Shown here piece by piece: positions 36,836 through 46,738 of a stretch of DNA of 64,000 bases. Position 1 is the first letter of the stretch. Each line of letters starts with the position of its first letter. The stretch spans positions 6,285-70,284 of the IMG/VR virus record IMGVR_UViG_3300033153_006331; one strand, written 5' to 3'. The notes beneath the pieces are model-generated. The model was not told the origin of the DNA. It did no database searches and worked only from the letters and a program-made list of their open reading frames with translations. A program made the position numbers and the translations under genes. The stretch is from a virus.

Positions 36836-37984
36836 TTATGGTCTGCCGGTATTCGGCGTTCCCCGGTTGGGTCCGGCTCTGTTCGGCGAGCCGACCCGAG
36901 CCGCCGGCAATTCACTTCTCAGAACGTCTCCCTTGACCGTCTTGAAAATTCGCGGCCGGTACTCCTCGTGTGTCCCCGCGAACACCGCCTTGCGAGGCAC
37001 GTAACCTCGCGCCACCCCCACGAGTTTGTAATCTTTCTGGTGGCCCGACGTACTGCCCAGAATGCGCAATCGCTCCCAGACAAACGTGCCCGGCGATTTC
37101 ACGCCCGGTGTATGACGATCGCCGGCGCCGCGTACCCTGTACATCTCCAGGAACTTCTCAGGCTCGACCTGGAAGTAAGAGTAGAGCGGGCCCGCGTGCC
37201 GCTGCTTGCCTCTGCCAGCCCAAAACCTGACGAATAGCGTCCACGAGCCGGACATGTAGCCGAATGAATGCACGTTGGTCGAGGATGTCGCTTTGACCAT
37301 CTCGCCCGTGATTATCGGGTGCGTGCGAGGGAATCGTCGTATCCTGCCGGACCCCATCATCAAGTCAACAGTCTTGCGTTTCCGCAGACCGCTACGTCGC
37401 CGCTCTTCCGCAATGTCCCGCCGCCTGGCCTCGGCCCGTCGAGCCCGCTCTTCAATACCCGCCAGCCTGGTCCCGCCCCGACCGACCGGCTTCTCCCCGG
37501 TTGAGGGCGGCGCCCCACCGAGCCCAATCAGTTCGGGGACCTCCTCGGGCGGCAAAACCGTGTAGCCGCGGGACCGCAATACGTCGGCCATCGCCTCCAA
37601 GTCCGGCTGGTCGGTCGTCCCGCTGGCCAAGGCCCGGATGATGTCCCCCGCCGGACCAAGAGCGGTGAGGAATTCGTTGACCAGCGAGGCGGCAAGCTGG
37701 TCGCCCAAAGCGTACCTGCGGATTTCCTTGACGAGATGCGTGGGGTCCACCCCGATGAGAACCTTGGCCACCTGGCCAGTCGTCGGCCGGACGGTTCGCC
37801 GTGCCATCTTCTCGACTTTGGCGAGTTTCCCCGAAAGACGCTTAGGCGCCCCGAGCGTCCGGTTAATCTGGCGATGCAACTGACCGAACGGAGAATGCGA
37901 GAACTCCCTGTCAACGGCCTTGGCAGCCGCCTGGGAAGCTTTTCGGTACAGAGCAGAGATGTCCAAGGGCATGTTGGACATCAT
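36836..37984 (-). CDS. Protein with C-terminal KTSC-like domain
   Basis: SSTNVHSFGY...TLFVRF...LYSYFQVEPEKF...SPGTFVW. Confidence 0.65.
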   Translation of the reverse strand: MMSNMPLDISALYRKASQAAAKAVDREFSHSPFGQLHRQINRTLGAPKRLSGKLAKVEKMARRTVRPTTGQVAKVLIGVDPTHLVKEIRRYALGDQLAASLVNEFLTALGPAGDIIRALASGTTDQPDLEAMADVLRSRGYTVLPPEEVPELIGLGGAPPSTGEKPVGRGGTRLAGIEERARRAEARRRDIAEERRRSGLRKRKTVDLMMGSGRIRRFPRTHPIITGEMVKATSSTNVHSFGYMSGSWTLFVRFWAGRGKQRHAGPLYSYFQVEPEKFLEMYRVRGAGDRHTPGVKSPGTFVWERLRILGSTSGHQKDYKLVGVARGYVPRKAVFAGTHEEYRPRIFKTVKGDVLRSELPAARVGSPNRAGPNRGTPNTGRP

Positions 37985-38086
37985 ACGCCAGAATCGGGGG
38001 GGCACGCCACTGCAATCAGCCGGCAGCCAAGCCCCCCCATCGGTGGAGAGACGATGCCGTTCGGCACGCTCAGGTCCCACTCCGTG

Positions 38087-38299
38087 CTATTTTCCGTCCA
38101 ACCTGTGCAGGTATCGCAGCACGGCCCTGGAATCGAATCGCACAGTTTGGCCGGTCGTCGGCCGTCCGCACAAGACTTCGCCACGCGGCCCAGTTTTGCC
38201 GCATAGTCGGCGTGTGTAGCCTTCGCTATTGGGTGCCGGCAAATGCAAAACCACGTATTCGCTTTCCAGGCACTTCGCTCGCAGGTCGTCAATTTTCAT
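38087..38299 (-). CDS. Hypothetical protein
   Basis: GGAGG RBS before MKIDDLR. Confidence 0.5.
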   Translation of the reverse strand: MKIDDLRAKCLESEYVVLHLPAPNSEGYTRRLCGKTGPRGEVLCGRPTTGQTVRFDSRAVLRYLHRLDGK

Positions 38300-38354
38300 C
38301 CCGCCCTCCATGCTATTCCCGCTTCTGATACTCCCTCGCCGCCCACTCAGATAA

Positions 38355-38482
38355 CACGGCGGGCCGGAATCGAACCGACTCTACTGGATACACTCCAGTC
38401 AATGCGTGTAGGCGAACCGCATTCCGACTCTTAGTTCGTTGTTTGAGTTCGCCTCCGTTAGGCCCTCCACGCCGCCGCCGTG
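38355..38482 (-). ncRNA. Putative tRNA-like structured RNA element, copy C, with canonical T-loop
   Basis: CACGGCGGCGGCGTGGAG...GTCGG-TTCGATT-CCGGC-CCGCCGTG. Confidence 0.55.
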
Positions 38483-38495
38483 CAACCACGCCACG

Positions 38496-38705
38496 CTACT
38501 CGCCTCTGCCCAACCACACCGCCTCCATCGCTGCATCGAATGCTGGGTCTTGTCCCAGGCACTCGTCTTGAGTATCCCAGTCGTTTCTTTCAAGGGCGTC
38601 GATGATTCCCACATACAATCTCTCGCGCAGCGATTGATTTGGTATGCTTGTTTGGACAACAGAAATAATATCAGCCATTACGTAACTGCCGCCAGCCCAT
38701 CCCAT
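38496..38705 (-). CDS. Hypothetical phage protein
   Basis: MGWAGGS...DWDTQDECLGQDP; AAGGAG RBS. Confidence 0.6.
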   Translation of the reverse strand: MGWAGGSYVMADIISVVQTSIPNQSLRERLYVGIIDALERNDWDTQDECLGQDPAFDAAMEAVWLGRGE

Positions 38706-38730
38706 GACTTCTCCTTTCATGTTAAAAACG

Positions 38731-38798
38731 CACGGCGGACCGGACTTACGTAGTGCCATAGGCCAATGCCGGCTATCGGCTGTTACCCCGCCGCCGTG
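38731..38798 (-). ncRNA. Putative tRNA-like structured RNA element, copy D (short)
   Basis: CACGGCGGCGGGGT...CCGGTCCGCCGTGCGTTTTT. Confidence 0.45.
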
Positions 38799-38961
38799 GA
38801 TCATTTCACGCCCCGCCAGCCAGACGTTGCCGACGGGGCGGAGTCACGTACAACCAGGCCACCGTTTTGTCGTCTCCCCATGTACAGGACATCCTGGGTT
38901 CGGACTCATGCCGACACACATTCCACATCACCTCCCTCGGACCTCTATCTCGATCTGTTTG

Positions 38962-41930
38962 TTAGTCATTGTCGGGTTCCCTCGCCTCCTCGACAGCCGC
39001 ACGTCGTAGTTTGATATTGTCAGCTTCCAGTCGATCCGAGGGCATCACTGACAGATGGTAACTAGCTTTTTTTACAACTGTCCGTAACCGCTCGATCGCG
39101 TTCGCTGCACGCCGTAGTTTGATATTGTCAGCTTCCAGTCGATTGATTACACGATGGCAGCGGTCGATGTTATTCGTTCCGCTCGAGGCCATCACTAACG
39201 GATGGTCACCAGCTTTTTCTACAACTGCCCGCAACCGCTCGATCTCATCCGCCGCCTCAGCGTTCAGCGGTCCGTCGTATCGTGAGTCACAGAGTTTGGC
39301 GAGAATGTCAGTCATTATTGGCCTCCTTGATTTCATAATAGCATTCTGCGCATAGTGGCTCATCCCCCTTCGACCAAATGGTGTCATCTTCGCATCTGCC
39401 AGTCGGGGTGTCACACACACTGCATAATTGCAACGTGCCTGGATATGCGCCAGCGTTCCATGCTTCGTGAGCGCTCTGCGATATAGCGTGCCGATGCCCT
39501 CCCGGCCAAGTGTTTCGGTCGTTAGCCATTATTGGCCTCCTTCTTGTCCACTGCTTCAGCAGCCTTTGATTGAAAGAACTCGACTATTTGTGGCCAATGC
39601 TCAGCTAACACTTCAAGCGATACCGCGGCGGCTATGGCACGATCGGGAAATCGACCATCTTGCCGGCTACTCAGATAGAAATGGTCGCCTCGCCACTCGA
39701 AGACAATCTGATCTCTGTCCTTGTAGCCGTGGCGGATTCTGCAACTATCGGCCGGGACATCAAACTTGCATCGCTGGTCCTGCCAGACCGTTTTGATTTC
39801 TGGCTCAGGCATTGTCAACTTCCTCCCGGTCTAACGCTCATTTAGCCACCTTTGCAGCAGCGCCACTGTTTTCTGCGAGTTCTCCTGACACGTAATCAAC
39901 ACCCAAGCAATCCCAAAGAGTGTCCCGCAGGCCGCGGTATGGGGCACAGTGCTCGTCACGTATTCGAGCACAAATGAGGCAAGTGTGAAAGGTACAGCAC
40001 TCACCAGACCAAATACCCCAAACATATTGATACTTGTGACCAGGTTGGATGATGTCCCCACATCCACAACACTCATGCTCTTTTTTAGCCGTCGGTGCCC
40101 TGACCTTAAGAATGCCAGGGGGATCCCGGTCGTAGTCGCAACTGCACCAGCACTCCATGTGTTTACCCCCTTGCGGTGGTCTCCTCACTCGGTAACCTGC
40201 ATTACATCTAGCGTATCTCTTCCTCTAGGTCTAACACTTGTTTGGCCACCCTTGCAATGGCAGCGGGCAGGGCAATGGAAGGTGGGCCCATAACCTTTGC
40301 ATCCAGTTGCCACGGCTTGGAACCACGCGATAGAATTACACTGGCCTCAGTGTTCTTGACGCTGAGTGCCGCCGTCCATGTTCGCGGTTTTTCCGTTATC
40401 CACCCTAGCAATTTCAGTGCCGCAACTAGGTCGGTGTCGTAGGCAGGGCAACAATCATGCTCTGAGCCATCCGGAGCCCACCAATACGGTTCAGCCCACT
40501 CCGAAACTATGTGCTCCCACCCCTGCCATTCCGCAATGCGGGCGTTGAGTTTGCTGTTAGGCATCGTTGGCTTCTTTCTGCGAGGCTGTCATAATTTCAG
40601 CGAGACTATAGGCCCACTTTGTACCATAGTCGATATGACCGTAGGCCATACCCTCCGCGTGTTCCACATCCGCTAACGTTGGCACCGGCATACCGTACTG
40701 CTGTGCGTAATCCCTCGCGGCAACCCACATTGCATTTCGCTCAGCAGCCACCCATTCCGGTACGGTACGACTACAGCGTTTAGATGTCTCTGCCAGAAAG
40801 GCATCATACAATGTTCGGGCCGGCTCGTTGGGTGGCCTAAAATGATCGACTTGACTGTCAGGCATCGTTGGACTCCCTTTCATTCTATCACCTCGACTTT
40901 CAAGTCCCAGCGGTCGGGGCCGATGACGATATATGTTTCAGGAGAGAAGACACAACGACATAATTCTCCCCTAGGTCCACTCATCATTACAATACCATGA
41001 CCATCATGGCAGCGGACGCCGGTGCCATTACTTCTGACAACTTCCCACTCGACCTTTACCCACCGCCAAGGCGGGAGCTTGTCGAGCGTCACTGGCTCAA
41101 TTGGCGAGGGTTGCTCGGCCGGAGGATCGTTGCCCGACGGTAGCGGACCGAGAACTTCGAGGACAGTGTATTCGCTTGCCGGGAAACACACATATATCCC
41201 TCCAGCATGTACGATATCCGCTGCATGACCACTAGGATGGTGGAATCGGATAGACTCAGCGCCATCACGCCTGACTTTACAACTCGTCCACACGGGCACG
41301 TCTGCCAATGTCAGAGACGGGTCCGTGACCGGCACCATCTTTGCTTCCAGTTTCATCATTCTCTCCCTGGGGTTTCTATCCCCGCCGGCTCGACCGGCCT
41401 GTACCACCACTGCCTCCCGCATCCGTCGGGGTGCCGCTCCCACGTTCCTAGCTCGACCAAGCGGTCCCCGTAGCCCGCCGCAGTGCTCCCAGCCATCGAG
41501 TCCCACCACCCCTCACGCTCCCCTTCACCCTCGTAACCGGCGATCTCCTTGAACGCCTTCTCCAGCAGCTCGACGATTTCCTCCCTCAGCCGCTCGATTT
41601 CCTCGGCCGCGTCTTCCAGCACGCCCCAGCCACCGTGCAATGCTTGGTACTGCCTGGCAGCAGCAACCGTAGATCGCAATCGCTTGACAATATCCATCAT
41701 CTCCCGTCCTCCCTTCTTTCCAGCATTCCGGCGAGTCGCTGCATGACCAGTGGGATGGTGAAATCGGATATATTTCTCACCATCGCACTCACCTTGCAAC
41801 TCGTCCACACGGGCACGTCCGCCAGTGTCAGAGACGGGTCCGCAACCGGGACCATCTTGGCTTCGACTTTCATTATCAGTTCCTTTCTTTTCCGTCTTTC
41901 AACACTTGACGTGCCATGCACGCCACGCAT
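38962..41930 (-). other. Cluster of about nine short, overlapping accessory phage ORFs
   Basis: Includes EAADEIERLR-type ORFs (38962-39315, about 41356-41698), Zn-finger ORFs (39308-39529, 39838-40158), 39522-39818, 40208-40564, 40557-40883 and 40880-41359; many AGGAGGCCAA-type RBSs. Confidence 0.6.
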
Positions 41931-42202
41931 GGCTCCAAGTACACGAGACGATGGCAGCCCTCACATTCGTATGGCTCAACCTGCTTGTATTGTACCATAC
42001 GCATCTTGGGCACCCCGACTCTGGAGCGAACTGCCTCCCGGACCGACAGACACGGCTTCACGTCCTGCGCTTTTTGACGGGCATGGAGTTGCTTGACCCG
42101 GGCAAGTGGCAAGCCGCAGACCACGGATACAAACTGGTGGGGCGACCCCGACCGAACCAATCGTGCGGCCCGGACCTCACTTGGCGAAAGTGTGTCGGTC
42201 AT
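41876..42202 (-). CDS. HTH/zinc-finger hypothetical protein
   Basis: CEGC...CVAC C-terminus. Confidence 0.45.
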   Translation of the reverse strand: MTDTLSPSEVRAARLVRSGSPHQFVSVVCGLPLARVKQLHARQKAQDVKPCLSVREAVRSRVGVPKMRMVQYKQVEPYECEGCHRLVYLEPCVACMARQVLKDGKERN

Positions 42203-42339
42203 GTGAACAAGACTTGTTGCTCTAGTCGGCGGGCAGCTATCTCACAATACTTCTCCTCGATCTCCACCATGATGCACTTACGGCCCAGGTCCTTGCACGC
42301 ACGGCTGGCATCCACAGCGGTAACACTTGGGTAGACTCA

Positions 42340-44406
42340 CTATCGCCTTCCCCTTTCGAGTTGAGGCCCCGCCCCACGCCCACCACTCCGCAGGTCCATT
42401 GGAATCGACTTCCGTTGTTGGTCCCATTGCCGATGACTCATCTTCGTTGGGATCAATCCCTTGGAAATCTCGTGGGTGTGAAGAAGGTAGCGCAAACTAT
42501 CGACCGCATCATCTGCCAGCTTCAACGGCACGGGAGCCGCTACCTGCGGATTCAATATGCTCCCGCCCGATACCAGCGATTTCTTTCCCCGCTTCCACCG
42601 ATACTTTCGCATTTCCTCGACCAAATGCACGCACCGCTCGTGAATGACCAACTTCGGCTTCCCGTTGGTCTGGAGCTTCAGTAGCGTTCGTACCGTGTCA
42701 ATCCCCTTGTAGACGTCATTGGCAGCAGCAGAAACAGGTATGCCGCGATTGCCAAATTCGTTAATCTCGCCAGGTCGGCTTGGGTCGGCGTAGGTGTCCC
42801 GATAAACGTCCCGCTGTTTCGGCACCCAGACCGGGCCGATCTTGCTCTCCTGTTCGCGCTCGCCTTCACCGAGCCAATGCCCCGGCCACCCCCATGCCTG
42901 CGATTTTTCCACAATGGCCACAACATGGTCGAGCGTAATTCTAGCTTGAGAGTCACTCCAATACTCCTCGTAAACGTACCAGTCCCCAATCGCATCAACA
43001 TAGGCCCAAATGCACACGAATGGATGCTCGGCCGAGGCACCCCAGTCCACGCCCCGATAATGCCGCACGCCGACGGGGAACCGAGTTTCGCCCCGAACAA
43101 CATGAATCGCCGGATTGAACGTCGGGTAGATCACCCCCTCGAATGTAGCCAACGCCCCAGTCCGCCGCGTCTCCTGCATTTCGTCCGGCACGGCCCCGAA
43201 GAAGCTGTCAAACCAGCCGTCCGCCAAGTTCACCCGGTTGCAATCCGTGTTCGCCCGGTAGAACCCCCAGTCCTTCGGCGGATCGTCCATGACCTTCTCG
43301 AGATGGTAGCACAACTCCGGGTCGATGGGAGTGAATTCGCACATCTGGCCGCCACGAAACATGTAGTCCCGGCAGCCCCGGAGAGTCTCGACAAACAACT
43401 GCCACGGAAACTGCTCGGAAAACCAGAAGCCACCGATCGACTTGGCATGGAAGGCCGTCCGGCCCTGCTCGTAACTCTTGAATTCCAGCATCCACGAGTT
43501 GCGGCCGTTGCCGCCCTTGCGGTCCCGTGGCCATGGCTTCAAGTGGATGGCAAACGGCCAACCGTCCTTCTCTCGAAACCATCGGGTCCGCTTCCAGTCC
43601 ACCTCGATGCTCGGGATATGCCCGTTGCCCAAAAGCTTCTCCAGCCAGCAGATACCGCAGCACTGGTCGTACGTGCTGGTGATGACCCAGAATGGCGTGT
43701 CAGGCCGCGGTGGCGGCTGGTCGAGGAGCAGAAACTTGGCGACCTTGAAAGCAGAGGCTTCGGTCGTGCCGGAGTTATGGTGGATTACGCCACCCATTTC
43801 ATAGTTACGCCACTTCTTTACCGTAAAATCCCAAATGCCGTCTTTCTCGGCTCTCCTGATTTTGGACTGAATGCCCGGCAACGCTTTCCCCTTTGCATCA
43901 ATTGATGCAAGACAATCCCCAACCGATAAGTCAGCAAGGCAACGCCACTTGCGGTCAGAGCAAAGCAATCTGTGTGCTCCAGCAGCCGCAAAGGTCCAAC
44001 CCGTAGACAATACCACATCCCAAAGCCAATCAACCCGCTTGAAGAACGGCCTGCTTGCTACGCCGAGTTGGCGATTCCCATCCGCATCAACTGACCAAAC
44101 ATGAAATGGGCCTAAGATTTGATCGACCCGACTAAACGAGCGTTTCACCGGATCGAAAACTCTGCTGTCTCCAGCGATACAGGCGTTGCCTCCTACGAGA
44201 AATGCCACCAAGTCTTTCGAGTAGCAGAATCCCGCCTGCTGGTCGAATAGTTCCGGCCGGTCCGGCCGCGGGATGAACGTGGAGTACGCTGATTCGTCGA
44301 GGAGCTGGAGATACTCTTGAAGATCGGGCGAGCCCTGGACTTCCGCCACGGCATCCTCAAGCATGTCGGGCGGTAGTTGGTCAAGGATGCCCATCGTCGC
44401 TGCCAT
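42340..44406 (-). CDS. terL: Terminase large subunit with intein
   Basis: LEFKSYEQGR..F, FWFSEQ, FTPI, GVDWG...PFVCIW, YADPS, DDAVDSLRY. Start uncertain (44394-44460). Confidence 0.9.
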   Translation of the reverse strand: MAATMGILDQLPPDMLEDAVAEVQGSPDLQEYLQLLDESAYSTFIPRPDRPELFDQQAGFCYSKDLVAFLVGGNACIAGDSRVFDPVKRSFSRVDQILGPFHVWSVDADGNRQLGVASRPFFKRVDWLWDVVLSTGWTFAAAGAHRLLCSDRKWRCLADLSVGDCLASIDAKGKALPGIQSKIRRAEKDGIWDFTVKKWRNYEMGGVIHHNSGTTEASAFKVAKFLLLDQPPPRPDTPFWVITSTYDQCCGICWLEKLLGNGHIPSIEVDWKRTRWFREKDGWPFAIHLKPWPRDRKGGNGRNSWMLEFKSYEQGRTAFHAKSIGGFWFSEQFPWQLFVETLRGCRDYMFRGGQMCEFTPIDPELCYHLEKVMDDPPKDWGFYRANTDCNRVNLADGWFDSFFGAVPDEMQETRRTGALATFEGVIYPTFNPAIHVVRGETRFPVGVRHYRGVDWGASAEHPFVCIWAYVDAIGDWYVYEEYWSDSQARITLDHVVAIVEKSQAWGWPGHWLGEGEREQESKIGPVWVPKQRDVYRDTYADPSRPGEINEFGNRGIPVSAAANDVYKGIDTVRTLLKLQTNGKPKLVIHERCVHLVEEMRKYRWKRGKKSLVSGGSILNPQVAAPVPLKLADDAVDSLRYLLHTHEISKGLIPTKMSHRQWDQQRKSIPMDLRSGGRGAGPQLERGRR
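43774..44181 (-). mobile_element. Mini-intein (136 aa, no homing endonuclease) in the TerL Walker A region
   Basis: Starts CIAGDSRV, block B-like AAGAHRLL, ends GGVIHHN followed by Ser; lower GC than flanks. Confidence 0.9.
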
Positions 44407-45073
44407 CCTCAAGCTCATAGAACTGACGCAATAACTCGGCAGTTTCTTTGAGCCCGTCAATCACCTTCTGCTTACGCAACTCATCCTCTGCGTCAATGCA
44501 ACAATCTTCCGTCCGCTCGGTCCGCAATCGTTCCAATTCACGCTCTGCGTCTTCTGCCCGCACATACATTCCAGAGTGACAACAACAGAGATTTCCACTA
44601 CAGGAATGCAGCTCCATCCTGCCGCTTGCCAAATAGTATATGTCCATTCGATGGCCTTCGTTTTGCCCCAGGGGCCGCGGGGCCTCCTCTCTCTTCCCCA
44701 CGGCAGCCAAGGCCGCTTGGCAGATGGCCAGCGGGGCACTCTTTATAAAGCTACTGTGGCCAACACACTTCTGCTTTCGGAAAACCGTACCCTGCCAACA
44801 ACGATTCCAATCCTGCATAGGGATCAATCTCAATTCCAGATCCCACAACTTTTCTATCACCTCCCATGCGTCAGCGATATTGAGGTCTGGCCGCCAGCAG
44901 TTGCTACGGGCAGTATAAACATTGACCGTCCCATCAGGGAATTGACCAACATAGGGGCGGTTGCCCCAGTCATCACCCTGGCCATGGCGTTCGTATTGCG
45001 GCCATTTCATCACCTCGCGGGCAATCCTCGCGGCAAACTCTGGGCTGGCCTGCATTTGATTTGCGTCTGTCAC
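44381..45073 (-). CDS. Phage protein (ABA sandwich-like N-terminal domain)
   Basis: IAREVMKW...WRPDLNIADAWEVIEKL...SAPLAICQAAL. Confidence 0.6.
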   Translation of the reverse strand: MTDANQMQASPEFAARIAREVMKWPQYERHGQGDDWGNRPYVGQFPDGTVNVYTARSNCWRPDLNIADAWEVIEKLWDLELRLIPMQDWNRCWQGTVFRKQKCVGHSSFIKSAPLAICQAALAAVGKREEAPRPLGQNEGHRMDIYYLASGRMELHSCSGNLCCCHSGMYVRAEDAERELERLRTERTEDCCIDAEDELRKQKVIDGLKETAELLRQFYELEDGSDDGHP

Positions 45074-45267
45074 GATTCGTTCTCCATCGGTTCATACCCC
45101 TGACATTTTTCGCAGGCCCAAAACAGTTCGCCCACCTTTAGGTGCTTCCACCCACGCCGCCTAGTAACTGTCTTGGTGCGGTCAAGAATTTGCTTAGCCG
45201 TCAAGGTGAAGCTCATGTTTCGGGGCATGATTCGCCTTCCCTTTATTCAGATTCCAATATGTCCATT

Positions 45268-45696
45268 CTACCACGTTCCCCGCGGACAATGCTCCGTGGC
45301 CATTCGAATCTTGTTCCGAAAGGCCGACTTGCTCCGGCTCACCCGACAGCCACAGACTTGGCAGGTCCGAGACTTCGGGCCAATGTGGGGGCAAAAACGG
45401 CATAGTTCCCTATAGATTCGATTCACCTCGTGGTCGCTCCGGACGGGTCGCCCTGCGTCGTGCCATCGCTTCACGGCCGAGACATACGCTATCGCCTTCC
45501 TCGCGACTCCAGACGGCACAGCCGGCCTCTCTCGGGCCACGGCCACGCTGCCCCGGCAGTCCGGCAAACTATCCGCGAGTTCTGCCCCCAACTCCCCCCC
45601 CACCACGTTGATCAGGGCCAGCCGGCAGACCGTACAAACGTACCTCGGGCTGCCCTCCAGTCCGTCGTCCATGCGTTTCCATCGACATCGTGCCAT
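45268..45696 (-). CDS. Cys-rich zinc-finger protein
   Basis: CRFCPH...CQVCGC...KIRMATEHCPRGTW. Confidence 0.6.
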   Translation of the reverse strand: MARCRWKRMDDGLEGSPRYVCTVCRLALINVVGGELGAELADSLPDCRGSVAVARERPAVPSGVARKAIAYVSAVKRWHDAGRPVRSDHEVNRIYRELCRFCPHIGPKSRTCQVCGCRVSRSKSAFRNKIRMATEHCPRGTW

Positions 45697-45917
45697 CCAG
45701 CCAACTCTCCGATCAGCCAAGTGATGTGTCGTAGCCGTGGTGCCGCATAATCAACAAGCGGCCGGCATCTCACCGACCTGGGGTTGTTCACGCTGCTTGA
45801 AGCTGATCCCTGGCTCCACTATTTGACCGTGCGTGCTTGGCCACGGGGACATCTGGTCGTGTCGATCCCGCTTTGCATCACCCCAAGACTGGGGACTTGC
45901 CCAGTTTGCAAATCTCT

Positions 45918-46472
45918 TCACACCTCCACGTCAACGCATAGGGCCTTAGAAATCGTTATGCCGGAGCCTGACCAGTCGCAATGCTGATAGGTGCCCGGCT
46001 TTTCAAGCAGCGTGTACGCGGACGCTGTGAATCCTCCGAGCGTCACCGACTCGAAATCGCAGTCTACCGACGAGACGCGAGGGATTATCAGCCGCCAATC
46101 CCCGATAAGCACCTCGTCGCCAGGATCAACCTGCTCCTGTAGCGGGCCGTCAGGAGGGCCGGGCCCCTCTTCTATCGCGATCTCGTAGACGCTGGCCTCC
46201 AGCAGGATATCGCCAGGGGAAAACGTGTTGTCCAGCCCGAACTCGATCCGGCCATTACAGAACGCTAACTGGCCCTTCCACAAGCACTCCTGCCCCTGCT
46301 CGTCGGTCACCTGTGCCATCGGGATCACCTGTGCCATCCAGTCCTCGCAAGTGCCGCAGTCCATATCGGCTACACCGAACAACTGAGCTTCAAGCAGCCG
46401 TCGCCCCGTGCAGACTTTGCACAGCTCGCAGCGTGGTTCCCAACACCAGCCGACGTTAGAAATCCGTCTCAT
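45918..46472 (-). CDS. Cys-rich hypothetical protein
   Basis: 184 aa ORF starting just after array 7. Confidence 0.45.
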   Translation of the reverse strand: MRRISNVGWCWEPRCELCKVCTGRRLLEAQLFGVADMDCGTCEDWMAQVIPMAQVTDEQGQECLWKGQLAFCNGRIEFGLDNTFSPGDILLEASVYEIAIEEGPGPPDGPLQEQVDPGDEVLIGDWRLIIPRVSSVDCDFESVTLGGFTASAYTLLEKPGTYQHCDWSGSGITISKALCVDVEV

Positions 46473-46479
46473 CTGATAC

Positions 46480-46574
46480 AGCCGTTTCGTCTTGTCTCAT
46501 GCCGCTTCGCTTCGTGCCGCTTCAAATCGGGCCGTTTCGCCTCGTGCCGCTTCGCGCCGTCTCGGGTCGTCTCG
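46480..46574 (-). repeat. Pentamer array 7 (19 units)
   Basis: CGA ga CGA cc CGA ga CGG cg CGA ag CGG ca CGA gg CGA aa CGG cc CGA tt TGA ag CGG ca CGA ag CGA ag CGG ca TGA ga CAA ga CGA aa CGG ct. Confidence 0.9.
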
Positions 46575-46599
46575 CTTTCATCCAATGGGATAATGGCAA

Positions 46600-46729
46600 A
46601 GCCGTTTCGTCTTGTCTCGTGCCAAATCAGTTCTCTTCGCCTCGAGTCGGCTCGTTCCGACTCGTTCCGTCTCGGCTCGCGCCGCCTCGCCCCGTCTCGA
46701 GCCGGATCGTTCCGGTTCGGCTCATCTTG
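46600..46729 (-). repeat. Pentamer array 6 (26 units)
   Basis: CAA ga TGA gc CGA ac CGG aa CGA tc CGG ct CGA ga CGG gg CGA gg CGG cg CGA gc CGA ga CGG aa CGA gt CGG aa CGA gc CGA ct CGA gg CGA ag AGA ac TGA tt TGG ca CGA ga CAA ga CGA aa CGG ct. Confidence 0.9.
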
Positions 46730-46738
46730 CCCGCCCGC

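Noticed and set aside
38355-38482. Canonical tRNA gene
   Set aside because: T-arm and closing stem are present, but there is no convincing D or anticodon arm and no CCA. Reported as a tRNA-like element instead.
39005-39142. 30-bp direct repeat GTAGTTTGATATTGTCAGCTTCCAGTCGAT as an att site
   Set aside because: It is an in-frame internal duplication within one ORF (RLEADNIKLRR twice), and no integrase was seen.
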